From positions 3,972 to 67,971 of the forward strand of contig CAZOOO010000001.1 in the NCBI GenBank assembly GCA_964581435.1: DNA of 64,000 nucleotides, read 5' to 3'. Every line of letters starts with the position of its first letter. Position 1 is the first letter of the stretch. The DNA comes from an uncultured Hyphomicrobiales bacterium. GTDB lineage: Bacteria; Pseudomonadota; Alphaproteobacteria; Rhizobiales; Xanthobacteraceae. The position numbers and the translations under genes are program-made. Shown in pieces: positions 27,626 through 36,866 of the stretch. The notes under the pieces were generated by a model that saw only the letters and a program-made list of their open reading frames with translations, searched no databases and had not been told where the DNA came from.

Positions 27626-28015
27626 ATGTCGCTATTGTCGCTAGATGCGACCGGAAATCCAGCGAGAGATACCGAAGTTCGTTTCGGTAAATGCCGCAAT
27701 GGATTTCGGTTTATCGAAGCGATGACTGCTGTTGCGAGAGGTCTGTGGCCGAAGAAGACGGCTGTAAATCTTAGCTCGCGCGCCGATGTGAGTCCCCGCA
27801 TGGCCGAGTATTGGCTCGCGTGTAAGCATGAGATGTCGCTGGAGTCGGTTCAGAACCTAATTCAGAGCGACGAAGGATATGAATTTCTCGTCGCCTTTAT
27901 GGGCGATTCAAAAGCTCAGTGGTGGAGCGATGTCCAGTGCGTAAAGAAGCGGATCGATATCCGGCGCAAGATGGATGAAGTGCAGCAGGAAATGCGAGCG
28001 CTTAACGACGAGTAA
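27626..28015 (+). CDS. CII-position HTH protein
   Basis: WP.KTA..L...A.VS.R.AEYWL; position after cro. Confidence 0.6.
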   Translation: MSLLSLDATGNPARDTEVRFGKCRNGFRFIEAMTAVARGLWPKKTAVNLSSRADVSPRMAEYWLACKHEMSLESVQNLIQSDEGYEFLVAFMGDSKAQWWSDVQCVKKRIDIRRKMDEVQQEMRALNDE

Positions 28016-28194
28016 CTACTTTCGTGGTGGGGACCACGTTTAAGGGGTTGGGGAGAATGATCATGCTGCGTCTTCGCTGGGGTTTCTGCGACCTGATGTC
28101 TAAAATTTTAAGCAACTTGTCTATTTGGGCAGCCGAGAAGGCCAAGGAATACAGCCTTCGTGCTGATGAGATTCAGTTCGGGGGCGGCAAGTAG

Positions 28195-28587
28195 ATGCTT
28201 TGCTTAAGTGTACGCCAGCCGTGGGTGCATGGCATCTTCAATCTCGGGAAGCCGATCGAAAATCGAGATTGGCCGACAAAGGTCCGCGGTTGCGTTCTTA
28301 TCCACGCATCCAAGACGATGACGTTGGATGATCGTGCTGGTTTTCTCGATACGTGCGAACGTCTTGGCATCCTAATTGATGCCCGGGAGTTTGAACAACT
28401 TCCGCGCGGTGCAATCGTCGGCTCTGTCGAGATAGTCGATTGCGTCAAGCAATCTTCATCCCCGTGGTTCTTCGGACCCTACGGATTCGTTCTTCGCTCC
28501 CCGATCCAGTTCAAGAAGCCGATTCCATACAGCGGTCGGCTCAAGTTCTTCGATGTGCCAGATGATCTCGTGCGGGAGGCCGCGTGA
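28195..28587 (+). CDS. ASCH domain protein
   Basis: LSVRQPW...I..GK.IENR.W...RG..LIHAS. Confidence 0.9.
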   Translation: MLCLSVRQPWVHGIFNLGKPIENRDWPTKVRGCVLIHASKTMTLDDRAGFLDTCERLGILIDAREFEQLPRGAIVGSVEIVDCVKQSSSPWFFGPYGFVLRSPIQFKKPIPYSGRLKFFDVPDDLVREAA

Positions 28588-30326
28588 GTGGCGTGGATAT
28601 ACATTCCCCAAGCATCAACATCATCAGCCTATGTACAGGCGGTGCCGGGTTGGACCTGGGACTTGAACTCGCTCTCCCTCAAGCTAGAGCAGGCTGCTAC
28701 TTGGAGAGGGAAGCATTCGCCATCGCGCACTTGGTTGCAGCGATTGAACAAGGCTTCTTGGCTCCGGCACCTATCTTCTCGGATGTGCGATCCTTCAACG
28801 GCAGGCCGTGGCGTGGAGCCGTGGATTGCCTCATTGGGGGGATCCCTTGTCAGCCATGGAGTAACGCCGGCAAGCGTCTCGGCACCGACGATGAACGCGA
28901 TCTCTGGGGGTCAGCAAGACGCATCATCGCTCAAGCAAGGCCATGGATCGTTCTCATTGAGAACGTCGCCGGGATGCTCAACGCGGCGGGGGCTGACAAC
29001 ATCGCTGGCGCGGAGCGCGTTAGACGAGACTTACACCGACTGGGTTTCACGGTTGAGACAGGACTGTTCACGGCGGCGGAAGTCGGTGCGCCGCATGAGC
29101 GGGAACGTCTCTTCATCCTCGGCGTGGCCGACGATGCGGTGCGGGGATGGGGCGCTGGCGCATCTGCGCGAGGGCGTGACGGAGAGTCGAGGGCGGATCG
29201 AGGATGCCGTAGCGATGTGGCGGACGCCGACAGACGACAGCCGTCGCGGTGGTCCTCAGAGCGGCCAGAAACGAGCGCAGGGCGGCCATACAGTAAACCT
29301 TCAGGATCAGGTTCAGGACTTCAAGGTCAGAACGTCGACCTGGCCGACGCCGACGACACGGGATTGGAAGGACACCGGGAATCTATCGAACGTCCCGGAG
29401 AATGCACTGCTGGGTCGAGCAGCGGCGAATTGGTCAACACCGCGAGCGACGGACGGCGAGAAGGGCGGGCCGAACCAGAAGTTCGGAGCGGGCGGGATTC
29501 CGCTCCCGTCTCAAGCGGCGCAATGGCGAACCCCGACGAATGGATCGAACAATGCGATGCGTGGTCTGGGGCAGACAAAGGAAGGTGCGCTGAGCCGCGT
29601 GAACGCTGGACACGCGATCAATCTACAGGATCAGGTCGCATTATGGCAGACGCCGTCAGTAGCGGATACGACGGGCGGTCGGATGACTCGCTCGGGCGAG
29701 CGGTCCAACGAGATGTTGCTGAAGGGGCAAGCGGCTGCGCTAGTCGAGCAGTGGCCGATGCCACGCGCGAAGGAGGACGGTCAATATCAATACAGCCGGG
29801 GCGACAAGACGAAGCCGGTGGCGACGTTGACGGGGAAGGCGCTGTCGTCGTGGCCAACCCTGACATCTCTCAGCTACAGCGGGAGCCATCAGCCCGGCAA
29901 TTCTCGGAGTTACAACGATACGATGCGCTTGGCCTCTTTCCTCCCGGCCCAGCCGATTACGAGGCATGGAGCATCATCGCGGAACACGCTCCTGGATTCC
30001 TACCGGCGTTATCGCGCTACGACAGATTCATGCTTGAGGTCAGAGCGGCGGTCGCTGCTGCTTATGGCAATCCGAGCGCGCGGGAAAGGCTGGACGAAAA
30101 AGGCCCCTACGGCCTTCGTAAGGAAGTCGTTCAGGAGATCGCTCAATCCGCACTTCGTGGGGTGGATGATGGGATGGCCGCAGCCCGCATCGATTGGTTG
30201 CGGCTTTTTGGAAATGGAGTCGTGCCTATTCAGGCCGCGCTGGCGTTCCGCACTCTCTGCTCTCGATTGGCAAACCGAGGCAGTGCCACAGCAATTGAGC
30301 TTGTTCGGTTGATGGAGGCGGCATGA
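28584..30326 (+). CDS. C5 cytosine DNA methyltransferase, catalytic (alpha) frame
   Basis: Motif I SLCTGGAGLD, IV GGIPCQPWS, VI IENV, VIII PHERERLF, X LRLFGNGVVP. Confidence 0.9.
   Translation: MSGVDIHSPSINIISLCTGGAGLDLGLELALPQARAGCYLEREAFAIAHLVAAIEQGFLAPAPIFSDVRSFNGRPWRGAVDCLIGGIPCQPWSNAGKRLGTDDERDLWGSARRIIAQARPWIVLIENVAGMLNAAGADNIAGAERVRRDLHRLGFTVETGLFTAAEVGAPHERERLFILGVADDAVRGWGAGASARGRDGESRADRGCRSDVADADRRQPSRWSSERPETSAGRPYSKPSGSGSGLQGQNVDLADADDTGLEGHRESIERPGECTAGSSSGELVNTASDGRREGRAEPEVRSGRDSAPVSSGAMANPDEWIEQCDAWSGADKGRCAEPRERWTRDQSTGSGRIMADAVSSGYDGRSDDSLGRAVQRDVAEGASGCASRAVADATREGGRSISIQPGRQDEAGGDVDGEGAVVVANPDISQLQREPSARQFSELQRYDALGLFPPGPADYEAWSIIAEHAPGFLPALSRYDRFMLEVRAAVAAAYGNPSARERLDEKGPYGLRKEVVQEIAQSALRGVDDGMAAARIDWLRLFGNGVVPIQAALAFRTLCSRLANRGSATAIELVRLMEAA
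28588..30312 (+). CDS. Overlapping +1-frame (beta) polypeptide with WxTP repeats and motif IX
   Basis: 574 stop-free codons; about 8 W-x-T-P-type units; LNPHFVGWMMGWP; GGAGG 8 nt upstream. Confidence 0.75.
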   Translation: MAWIYIPQASTSSAYVQAVPGWTWDLNSLSLKLEQAATWRGKHSPSRTWLQRLNKASWLRHLSSRMCDPSTAGRGVEPWIASLGGSLVSHGVTPASVSAPTMNAISGGQQDASSLKQGHGSFSLRTSPGCSTRRGLTTSLARSALDETYTDWVSRLRQDCSRRRKSVRRMSGNVSSSSAWPTMRCGDGALAHLREGVTESRGRIEDAVAMWRTPTDDSRRGGPQSGQKRAQGGHTVNLQDQVQDFKVRTSTWPTPTTRDWKDTGNLSNVPENALLGRAAANWSTPRATDGEKGGPNQKFGAGGIPLPSQAAQWRTPTNGSNNAMRGLGQTKEGALSRVNAGHAINLQDQVALWQTPSVADTTGGRMTRSGERSNEMLLKGQAAALVEQWPMPRAKEDGQYQYSRGDKTKPVATLTGKALSSWPTLTSLSYSGSHQPGNSRSYNDTMRLASFLPAQPITRHGASSRNTLLDSYRRYRATTDSCLRSERRSLLLMAIRARGKGWTKKAPTAFVRKSFRRSLNPHFVGWMMGWPQPASIGCGFLEMESCLFRPRWRSALSALDWQTEAVPQQLSLFG

Positions 30327-31795
30327 GCGTCACCGTCATCCATGCGGATTGCTTCGATGCGATAAAGGCAATGCCAGAGAACAGCATTGATAGCGTCTGC
30401 ACCGATCCTCCTTATTCCATCAACTTCATGAACAGGTCGTGGGATACGGGAGAAGTGGCGTTTAATGTTGATTTCTGGAAAGAAGCTCTGCGCGTCCTTA
30501 AGCCGGGTGCCCATCTTGTCGCATTCGGAGGTGCCCGTACCTATCATCGGCTGGTGTGCGCCATCGAAGATGCTGGTTTCGAGGTACGAGATCGTATCCG
30601 CTTTGAGCAGTCATTCGACACCAAGTATGGCACCTTCATTAGCGGCCTGGGTGACAGCCAGCGCGGCATTCTTTTCGAACTGTTGAATGATTACGCCGAT
30701 GGTGGCTTGGAGTTGGCATGGGAGTTCGGTCAAGGATTCCCGAAATCACTTGATGTCAGCAAGGCGATTGATAAGGCGGAAGGTGCAGTTCGCGAGGTGA
30801 TTGGCTACGACGCTAGCAAGGCAAGGCCAAACAAAGATGGCTATGCAAAGGTAACGGCCGCAGTCGGTGATCGGCAGGGGAACGCCGGTCACAAGGATAA
30901 CGGCGCAACGATCACCGCACCGGCCACTGACGCTGCGCGCCAATGGGAAGGATGGGGAACCGCACTCAAGCCCGCACACGAACCGATTGTCCTCGCGCGC
31001 AAACCTCTCTCTGAGAGCACAGTCGCAGCTAATGTGCTGAAATGGGGCACGGGAGCGATCAATATTGCCGATTGCCGTATCGCACCTGCAGAAGGAGCGC
31101 GCCCGGCGAGGTCTACGGAGCGTAGCGCAAGCGGGCTCATCGGGAAGGGCGGCGCGGTCACCTACGGCCACTTCGCAGTCAGGGGCAGCGTAGCCGTAGG
31201 TGAGACAACTGAGGGCCGATGGCCGGCCAATGTCATTCACGATGGTTCCGAGTCTGTAGTCAACCAGTATCCTCAGTCCAATGGGCAGTTGGCGGATGCC
31301 AAGGACGACGGATCTCCGAAATCAGGGAACGTCTACGGCAAGATGCGCCATAGAGATGGCGAGGCATCTAAAGATCGCCGCTACACCGATGAAGGTGTCA
31401 CCTACTTCGCGATGAAACCTGGTGCGCGACGCGGTGATGCTGGATCAGCGGCGCGTTTCTTCTATGCAGGGAAGGCATCACGCGCGGATCGTGCCGGTAG
31501 CAAGCATCCCACGGTTAAGCCGATCAGCATTCTTGAATGGCTTGTTACGCTGATTACGCCGCTGGGCGGGACGGTGCTCGATCCCTTTGCCGGTTCAGGC
31601 ACCACGGGCGCAGCAGCCCGGAACAAGGGATTCAACTGCATCCTGATTGAGCGTGAAGCCGAATACATCGCGGACATCAACCGCAGGCTGGCGATGCCGA
31701 TTGGTAATGCCGAGCCGAAGCGATCAATCCACACAACGAAAGCGAACGTGCCAGCCGATCTTGGCCCGCTATTTGCGGCGATGGAGAACAAATGA
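30323..31795 (+). CDS. N4-C/N6-A DNA methyltransferase (beta class)
   Basis: TDPPY; HPTVKP; VLDPFAGSGTTG. Confidence 0.92.
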   Translation: MSVTVIHADCFDAIKAMPENSIDSVCTDPPYSINFMNRSWDTGEVAFNVDFWKEALRVLKPGAHLVAFGGARTYHRLVCAIEDAGFEVRDRIRFEQSFDTKYGTFISGLGDSQRGILFELLNDYADGGLELAWEFGQGFPKSLDVSKAIDKAEGAVREVIGYDASKARPNKDGYAKVTAAVGDRQGNAGHKDNGATITAPATDAARQWEGWGTALKPAHEPIVLARKPLSESTVAANVLKWGTGAINIADCRIAPAEGARPARSTERSASGLIGKGGAVTYGHFAVRGSVAVGETTEGRWPANVIHDGSESVVNQYPQSNGQLADAKDDGSPKSGNVYGKMRHRDGEASKDRRYTDEGVTYFAMKPGARRGDAGSAARFFYAGKASRADRAGSKHPTVKPISILEWLVTLITPLGGTVLDPFAGSGTTGAAARNKGFNCILIEREAEYIADINRRLAMPIGNAEPKRSIHTTKANVPADLGPLFAAMENK

Positions 31796-32244
31796 GCAGC
31801 CTAAACGAAGCCACACTTATCGGACGCGTCGGTAAGGATCCTGAGATAAAAGCGACGAGCCATGGCAATCGTGTTGCCAATTTCAGTCTCGCTACATCTA
31901 AGTCATGGCGCGACAAAAGCACGGGCGAGAAGAAAGAAAACACGCAGTGGCATAGGATTGTCGTTTGGGGCGACGGACTCGTCGGCATCGTCGAGAAGTA
32001 CGTCAAGAAAGGCTCGCAGATATTCGTCCGTGGTGAAATCCAGACTCGTAAATGGACGGATCAGGCTGGCGTCGAGAAGTATTCGACCGAGATCGTCGTT
32101 CAAGGGTTCAAGGCTGAGATCGGGTTGCTCGGCAGTCGCGGCGGGTCATCTCGCGACGATGATGGCGGGCAGCAATCGAATGACGCGGGTGGTTCGTATG
32201 GGGTGATGGACGACGACATCCCGTTCGCGGCAGAGTTTCGTTGA
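31792..32244 (+). CDS. ssb: Single-stranded DNA-binding protein
   Basis: LIGRVGKDPE, TQWHRIV, DDDIPF tail. Confidence 0.96.
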   Translation: MSSLNEATLIGRVGKDPEIKATSHGNRVANFSLATSKSWRDKSTGEKKENTQWHRIVVWGDGLVGIVEKYVKKGSQIFVRGEIQTRKWTDQAGVEKYSTEIVVQGFKAEIGLLGSRGGSSRDDDGGQQSNDAGGSYGVMDDDIPFAAEFR

Positions 32245-32251
32245 TCTCCTA

Positions 32252-33373
32252 ATGTCAGTCCAATTCCATACAGGTGATTGTCGTCAGGTGCTCGCATCGC
32301 TCCCAGATGAGAGTGTTGGTGAAGTGCGCTGCGCGATTTTCGGTCTATCAGGTTCGATGCGCCTGTATGCGAAAACCCAGAAGGGTGCAATGCCGTCCAG
32401 CCTTCGAGACCTAACGCGATTGCGGCCTGATACTGTTCATTTATGGAATGGTACTGAGTGGAGCGCTGTTGAACAGTGGGGGCACTTGCCCACGGCAAGG
32501 TCAGTCCGTGTCACGCTAAGGAGTGGAGAGAGACTTCGTTGTCATCCGGGAGCGCTGTGGTCTACAGCGCGCGGAGGTGTCGCCGCATCTGTTCTCAGTG
32601 TTGGTGATGTGATCACTACGACAACAATACCTGAGAGCGATGACGCTGCGAGGCCTAGCCATCTTGATGATGCGCAGATCGGATGGTTTGTCGGTCTATA
32701 CATAGCTGAAGGTTCGATTTCTGGCGACTGCATCCAGATTGCGGGTCATCAAAAGGAAGTGGAGCGATATCTGTCGCTTGAGCAGTTGGCGCTTGATTAT
32801 CACGGTCGAGCCAGTCTCTATCATCTTGAGGGAAAGACGGCGACGATCAATCTGTATGGTTGTGTACTTCGTGGGATTCTAGAGTCCTATGTTAGTGGTA
32901 GCGGCGCAAAGCAGAAGCATCTGCACCCTAGGTGCTGGCAGCGTTCAAATGAATTTCTGCGTGGAGTATTGGTCGGCTATCTCTCGGGGGACGGTGCCTG
33001 GGAGGAAGACAATCGTCGGTGGCGGCTAGGGTTCACGGATAATGCGCGTCTAGCTCAGGACATTCGGACCATTTGCGCTCGACTCGGCGCTACATTGTCC
33101 CTGCGACGTACCAATCATGCAATCGGCGAGAAGAAATATCCCGGCTTCCGTGGCGAAGTGCGGATGGCGTCGGACGTGCCACAGCGAATACGGCCAAGAG
33201 GTGAGGTGGTTGCAGTTTGCGGTGATGCGTCGCAGCCTTTTTGGGCCTTGAAGCTGAGGTCCAATCGTCAATTTGTATCGCTGGCATCAGGTGTTGTTGT
33301 CGGTGATGGCGACATTGCCGCAACCCCAGAGCGGATAAATGGGCCGTTGTTCATGTCCACGGAGACGGCATGA
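32252..33373 (+). CDS. Intein-derived LAGLIDADG endonuclease with vestigial methyltransferase termini
   Basis: GDCRQVLASLPDESV start; GWFVGLYIAEGS and LVGYLSGDG; Hint-like ends lacking Cys1 and His-Asn. Confidence 0.78.
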   Translation: MSVQFHTGDCRQVLASLPDESVGEVRCAIFGLSGSMRLYAKTQKGAMPSSLRDLTRLRPDTVHLWNGTEWSAVEQWGHLPTARSVRVTLRSGERLRCHPGALWSTARGGVAASVLSVGDVITTTTIPESDDAARPSHLDDAQIGWFVGLYIAEGSISGDCIQIAGHQKEVERYLSLEQLALDYHGRASLYHLEGKTATINLYGCVLRGILESYVSGSGAKQKHLHPRCWQRSNEFLRGVLVGYLSGDGAWEEDNRRWRLGFTDNARLAQDIRTICARLGATLSLRRTNHAIGEKKYPGFRGEVRMASDVPQRIRPRGEVVAVCGDASQPFWALKLRSNRQFVSLASGVVVGDGDIAATPERINGPLFMSTETA

Positions 33374-33927
33374 GCAACGTAGCGTTATCGCCATGGACCG
33401 ACGTGATGGTCGACAGATCCCGCGAGCATTGGCTTACTGGAATGTCGGTTACTGAAAGTCGGGACGCTATCAATGCCGAGTTCGGTACGTGTTTTACGCG
33501 CAACGCCATTATAGGAAAGCGGTTTCGTCTGGGTATGACAGATACTGCTTTGATCAAGAAGGTCGGCGTTCAATCTCCCGTCGCGAAGAAGGTGATAGGA
33601 AGAAGTGTAAAGCGCGCTGACAATAAGAAGTCTGGCGCCAAAGCGTATAGCCCAAAGGTTATGCCGAAGCGGAGCTTAACTCCGGGGGCAAGCGCTCGCC
33701 GCTTGGATGAGTTGATCTGGGATCGAGAGCGAGCAGCGCGCGCGTTTTATGGAGATGGAGAGTTCATCGGACTGATGCAATTGACGAGTTCAACGTGTCA
33801 TTGGCCGATCGATAAGGACGGATCAACGCTGTATTGCGGTCAACAATCCATGGATGCGAAGCCGTACTGCGCGAAACACTGTGCAGTTGCCTATGAACCT
33901 CGCCAAAAGAAGGTGAAAGCAGCATGA
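33370..33927 (+). CDS. gcrA: GcrA-like regulator
   Basis: WTD......W..G.S, TRNAIIGK.FRLG, L....CHWPI...YCG...PYCAKH...AY. Confidence 0.85.
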   Translation: MSNVALSPWTDVMVDRSREHWLTGMSVTESRDAINAEFGTCFTRNAIIGKRFRLGMTDTALIKKVGVQSPVAKKVIGRSVKRADNKKSGAKAYSPKVMPKRSLTPGASARRLDELIWDRERAARAFYGDGEFIGLMQLTSSTCHWPIDKDGSTLYCGQQSMDAKPYCAKHCAVAYEPRQKKVKAA

Positions 33928-34118
33928 CGCCGGCCGCCCGTCTCATGGTTGAAGAACTAGCCAAGCTAGCAAAGCGTGGCCTTACCTATAAAGAGGCCGC
34001 TTGGATTCTCAATGTTCGGCCACGCTACGTTGCCAATCTCGCAAATAAGCATGGCATCGCGTTCAGATTGGAAAGGCGCGGTCGGAAGTCTCATGATGAG
34101 GGGAGTGTAGCGGCGTGA
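33924..34118 (+). CDS. Small HTH protein
   Basis: GLTYKEAA..L.V...YV. Confidence 0.6.
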   Translation: MTPAARLMVEELAKLAKRGLTYKEAAWILNVRPRYVANLANKHGIAFRLERRGRKSHDEGSVAA

Positions 34119-34119
34119 C

Positions 34120-34617
34120 GTGGGACGTTCTTACATTTCTCCTTTGTTGGACGATTTCCTCACTTTTTCTCGGGCCGATCGTCGGGAAGATCATTGCGAG
34201 GATGATGAGATGACAAAAAGATCATCAACCGATGGTCTTAGCCGATCGGACGGTTCTCAGTGGGAACCAAGAACTTTGCACGATAATGTCATTCATCTTG
34301 CCGGGCGCATTCCCCTGCCGCCCAGTCGCTCGGTTGCGCGGTCCCGAGGCAAGAAAGGCCGCGCTCTATTTCACCCGGTTATCTTTTCCTTAGTCGGCCA
34401 GCGAGAGGGTCGGCTTACAGAAATGTTGCCTCCCGAAGGTAACCGGGCTGCGAAAGCAGAGTCATTCGTTCCGGGCCAAGGCAACAGTCTCTCGCATTCA
34501 TTTATGGCGCGGCTTCTAAGAGATGTCGCCATCGCACCAAAAGAGGCGGCGTTTATTGTGGTGAGCGGGATCGGTATCCCATCCGCTGTCATCGCTCTTC
34601 TATGCATAGCTTCCTGA
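34120..34617 (+). CDS. Doubtful ORF overlying structured RNA, C-terminal TM
   Basis: Hairpins at 34303-34323, 34336-34364, 34424-34486. Confidence 0.35.
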   Translation: MGRSYISPLLDDFLTFSRADRREDHCEDDEMTKRSSTDGLSRSDGSQWEPRTLHDNVIHLAGRIPLPPSRSVARSRGKKGRALFHPVIFSLVGQREGRLTEMLPPEGNRAAKAESFVPGQGNSLSHSFMARLLRDVAIAPKEAAFIVVSGIGIPSAVIALLCIAS

Positions 34618-34629
34618 GTTAGAGAGTAG

Positions 34630-35229
34630 TTGATGTTGACTGAAACGCAGATCAAAGCGATCGAGCGACATAAGAGATTCAAAGCTGATATTGCCGCGAA
34701 GGCGGCATCATTGAACGCTCTCAAACCGAGCGACGGGAAGTCGAAAGACCCAGCACCTGTGCCGTCTTCTGTGTCAAAAAGGTTCGATGCGCTGGAGCGA
34801 GAAGTTTCTGATCTGCATGAAATCTTGGCGTCTCAAGGTGAACTAATTGCTAAGCTCTTCAAGGAGTCGATATCCGATACGCCGCGGTTTTCAGAGATTC
34901 TCGATGTTGTGTGCGATCACTACGGGATCTCTCTATTAGAGATCACTAGCCAGCGAAGAAGCCTGACGGCCACAAAGCCGAGAACGATTGCTTATTATCT
35001 CGCACGAAAGCTTACGGGGCTTTCGATGCCACAGATCGGCGCGAGACTTGGTGGACGGGACCATACCACTGTTCTTAGCGGGGCCAACAGGATCGCTAAA
35101 GAGATTCAGTCCGATGATCTGTTGCGGAAGGATATCGACCGTCTTGAGTTGAAGATAGCCGAAAAGGTTCTCAATAGAGAATCACCGCGCGGACAGCAGG
35201 TCGTGCATAAATTGCCGGGCCTTTCCTGA
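34630..35229 (+). CDS. DnaA C-terminal-domain (HTH) protein
   Basis: VCDHYGIS...I.S.RR....PR..AYYLAR..T..S.PQIG..LGGRDHTTVL. Confidence 0.88.
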   Translation: MMLTETQIKAIERHKRFKADIAAKAASLNALKPSDGKSKDPAPVPSSVSKRFDALEREVSDLHEILASQGELIAKLFKESISDTPRFSEILDVVCDHYGISLLEITSQRRSLTATKPRTIAYYLARKLTGLSMPQIGARLGGRDHTTVLSGANRIAKEIQSDDLLRKDIDRLELKIAEKVLNRESPRGQQVVHKLPGLS

Positions 35230-35570
35230 TGTCAGATCTCTCTCAGGGAAGTGCCGTCATAATGGCGGCTCATGGTGTTATTGAGAGCCTTTATCAGGGG
35301 AAGCAGAGACAACCCGTAACATGGCATATTCCGCTCGATGTCTTCCAGTTTCTTCTAAGCGTAGCGAACGATGCTGATCCGAAGAAAACCGTACAGGATC
35401 TATTGAACGAGCGCATCGCGAGTCCGGCATTTGCGCTATGTCCAATAGACCTTCGGTTAGCGCTGCGAGATATCGCTCAGGCCGAAGATACATCTCCTGA
35501 CACACTGGTCGCTTCCTGGATCAGAGATCGGATCGACTACGAAATCAAAATGAAGGCGGAAGATCTGTAA
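35229..35570 (+). CDS. Hypothetical protein (possible ribbon-helix-helix repeats)
   Basis: 113 aa, coupled. Confidence 0.6.
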   Translation: MSDLSQGSAVIMAAHGVIESLYQGKQRQPVTWHIPLDVFQFLLSVANDADPKKTVQDLLNERIASPAFALCPIDLRLALRDIAQAEDTSPDTLVASWIRDRIDYEIKMKAEDL

Positions 35571-36331
35571 TGGTGCAGAACACATCATCCGCCGTTATGC
35601 AGCAGCGCCGCGAGGCGTTGGATAGTCTCGATGACTTCCCGACGATGCCGTGGGCTACGAGGGCTTTAATAGAGTACATCCTGTTTCCGCACATGAACGT
35701 ATTCGCTCCAGACAGGGAGCTTAAACGTCAGAAGGTATGGGAACCAGCCTGCAACCGCGGTCACATGGCGAAGCCGCTGAGCGAATATTTCGGGCGCGTC
35801 TATACAAGTGACGTTCATGACTACGGTGATGAGTCTATCGGGTTCTGTCAGGATCGCGTTGTCGATTTCATTTTTCCGGATTCGGAAAGCCCGGTGATTT
35901 CATCAGGCGGCGTCGATTGGATCATTACCAACCCGCCGTTTCGTCTCGCCGAGCAGTTCGTTGAACGCGCGTGGAGCGTCACGGGAGTTGATGGGGTCGC
36001 CATCATTGCTCGAACCGCCTTCCTTGAAGGCGTCGGACGGTATGAGAGGCTTTTCAAGACATCACCTCCATCAATCGTGGGACAGTTCACTGAGCGAGTC
36101 CCGATGGTGAAGGGTCGCCTGACATCAAAGGGATCAACCGCTACGGCGTACTGTTGGCTTGTCTGGATGAGGGGCATTGAGGGAACGAAGTTGGTTTGGA
36201 TACCGCCGTGCAGGAAGCGGCTAGAGCGAGAAGGAGATTATCCGCCTGAGAAGGTTGATGTAGCGGATGATGACGGAGAGCGGGGGGAATCAAAGCAGAA
36301 GCAATGTGAACTGGAGATACTAGATGTCTGA
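35570..36331 (+). CDS. Adenine-type DNA methyltransferase
   Basis: DFPT.PWAT, WEPAC..G.M, IITNPPF. Confidence 0.85.
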   Translation: MVQNTSSAVMQQRREALDSLDDFPTMPWATRALIEYILFPHMNVFAPDRELKRQKVWEPACNRGHMAKPLSEYFGRVYTSDVHDYGDESIGFCQDRVVDFIFPDSESPVISSGGVDWIITNPPFRLAEQFVERAWSVTGVDGVAIIARTAFLEGVGRYERLFKTSPPSIVGQFTERVPMVKGRLTSKGSTATAYCWLVWMRGIEGTKLVWIPPCRKRLEREGDYPPEKVDVADDDGERGESKQKQCELEILDV

Positions 36332-36863
36332 CGTGCGAGCGAATGAGCCGGATCAAGCGGCTATCGATGCGGTGAATCTTTCCCGTATCGTGAAGGCGAT
36401 GGGGGACAAAGATTCCGCAGTTGGATCATTGCGGAGTGTTTTCGCAAAGGCTGAGTTGCAGAACCTTAACACCGAGGCGGCGAAAATCGATATTCGTCTC
36501 GTCAAGAAGGGTGATAACGCCCTCGACGATCATTTCGAGCTTTTCCGCAAGACCGGCGAGTATGTGAGGCTGCTCGGCAAAGAGTTGTCGCCGGCGCAGT
36601 ATGAACTGTTTGGCTTGCGCCAAGGTCCGACGCCAGAAGATGAGAAGGCTGGGATTGAAGGACTTGCGGCTGGCCGTGCTGGTCAGGAAGAAAACAGCAA
36701 TCCTTACGAGATCGGATCACTCAAGGGTCAGGCGTGGCTATCCAGCTTTCGTGAGGGATTGTCCGAACGCAACCTAGTTCTATCCATGCCAGAACCGAAG
36801 GCTGACGACGACGACGAGGACGGCGACGAGTCGGATGAAGACGACGAGTCCGAGGACGAATAG
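36324..36863 (+). CDS. Hypothetical protein, weakly GapR-like N-terminus, acidic tail
   Basis: LRSVFAKAE......A....IRL; G..AG......NPY......AW...F.EG. Confidence 0.55.
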   Translation: MSDVRANEPDQAAIDAVNLSRIVKAMGDKDSAVGSLRSVFAKAELQNLNTEAAKIDIRLVKKGDNALDDHFELFRKTGEYVRLLGKELSPAQYELFGLRQGPTPEDEKAGIEGLAAGRAGQEENSNPYEIGSLKGQAWLSSFREGLSERNLVLSMPEPKADDDDEDGDESDEDDESEDE

Positions 36864-36866
36864 TCG

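Noticed and set aside
28298-28306. DnaA box TTATCCACG
   Set aside because: Single 8/9 match inside the conserved LIHA codons of the ASCH gene.
36801-36860. GACGAC repeats
   Set aside because: Simple acidic protein tail.
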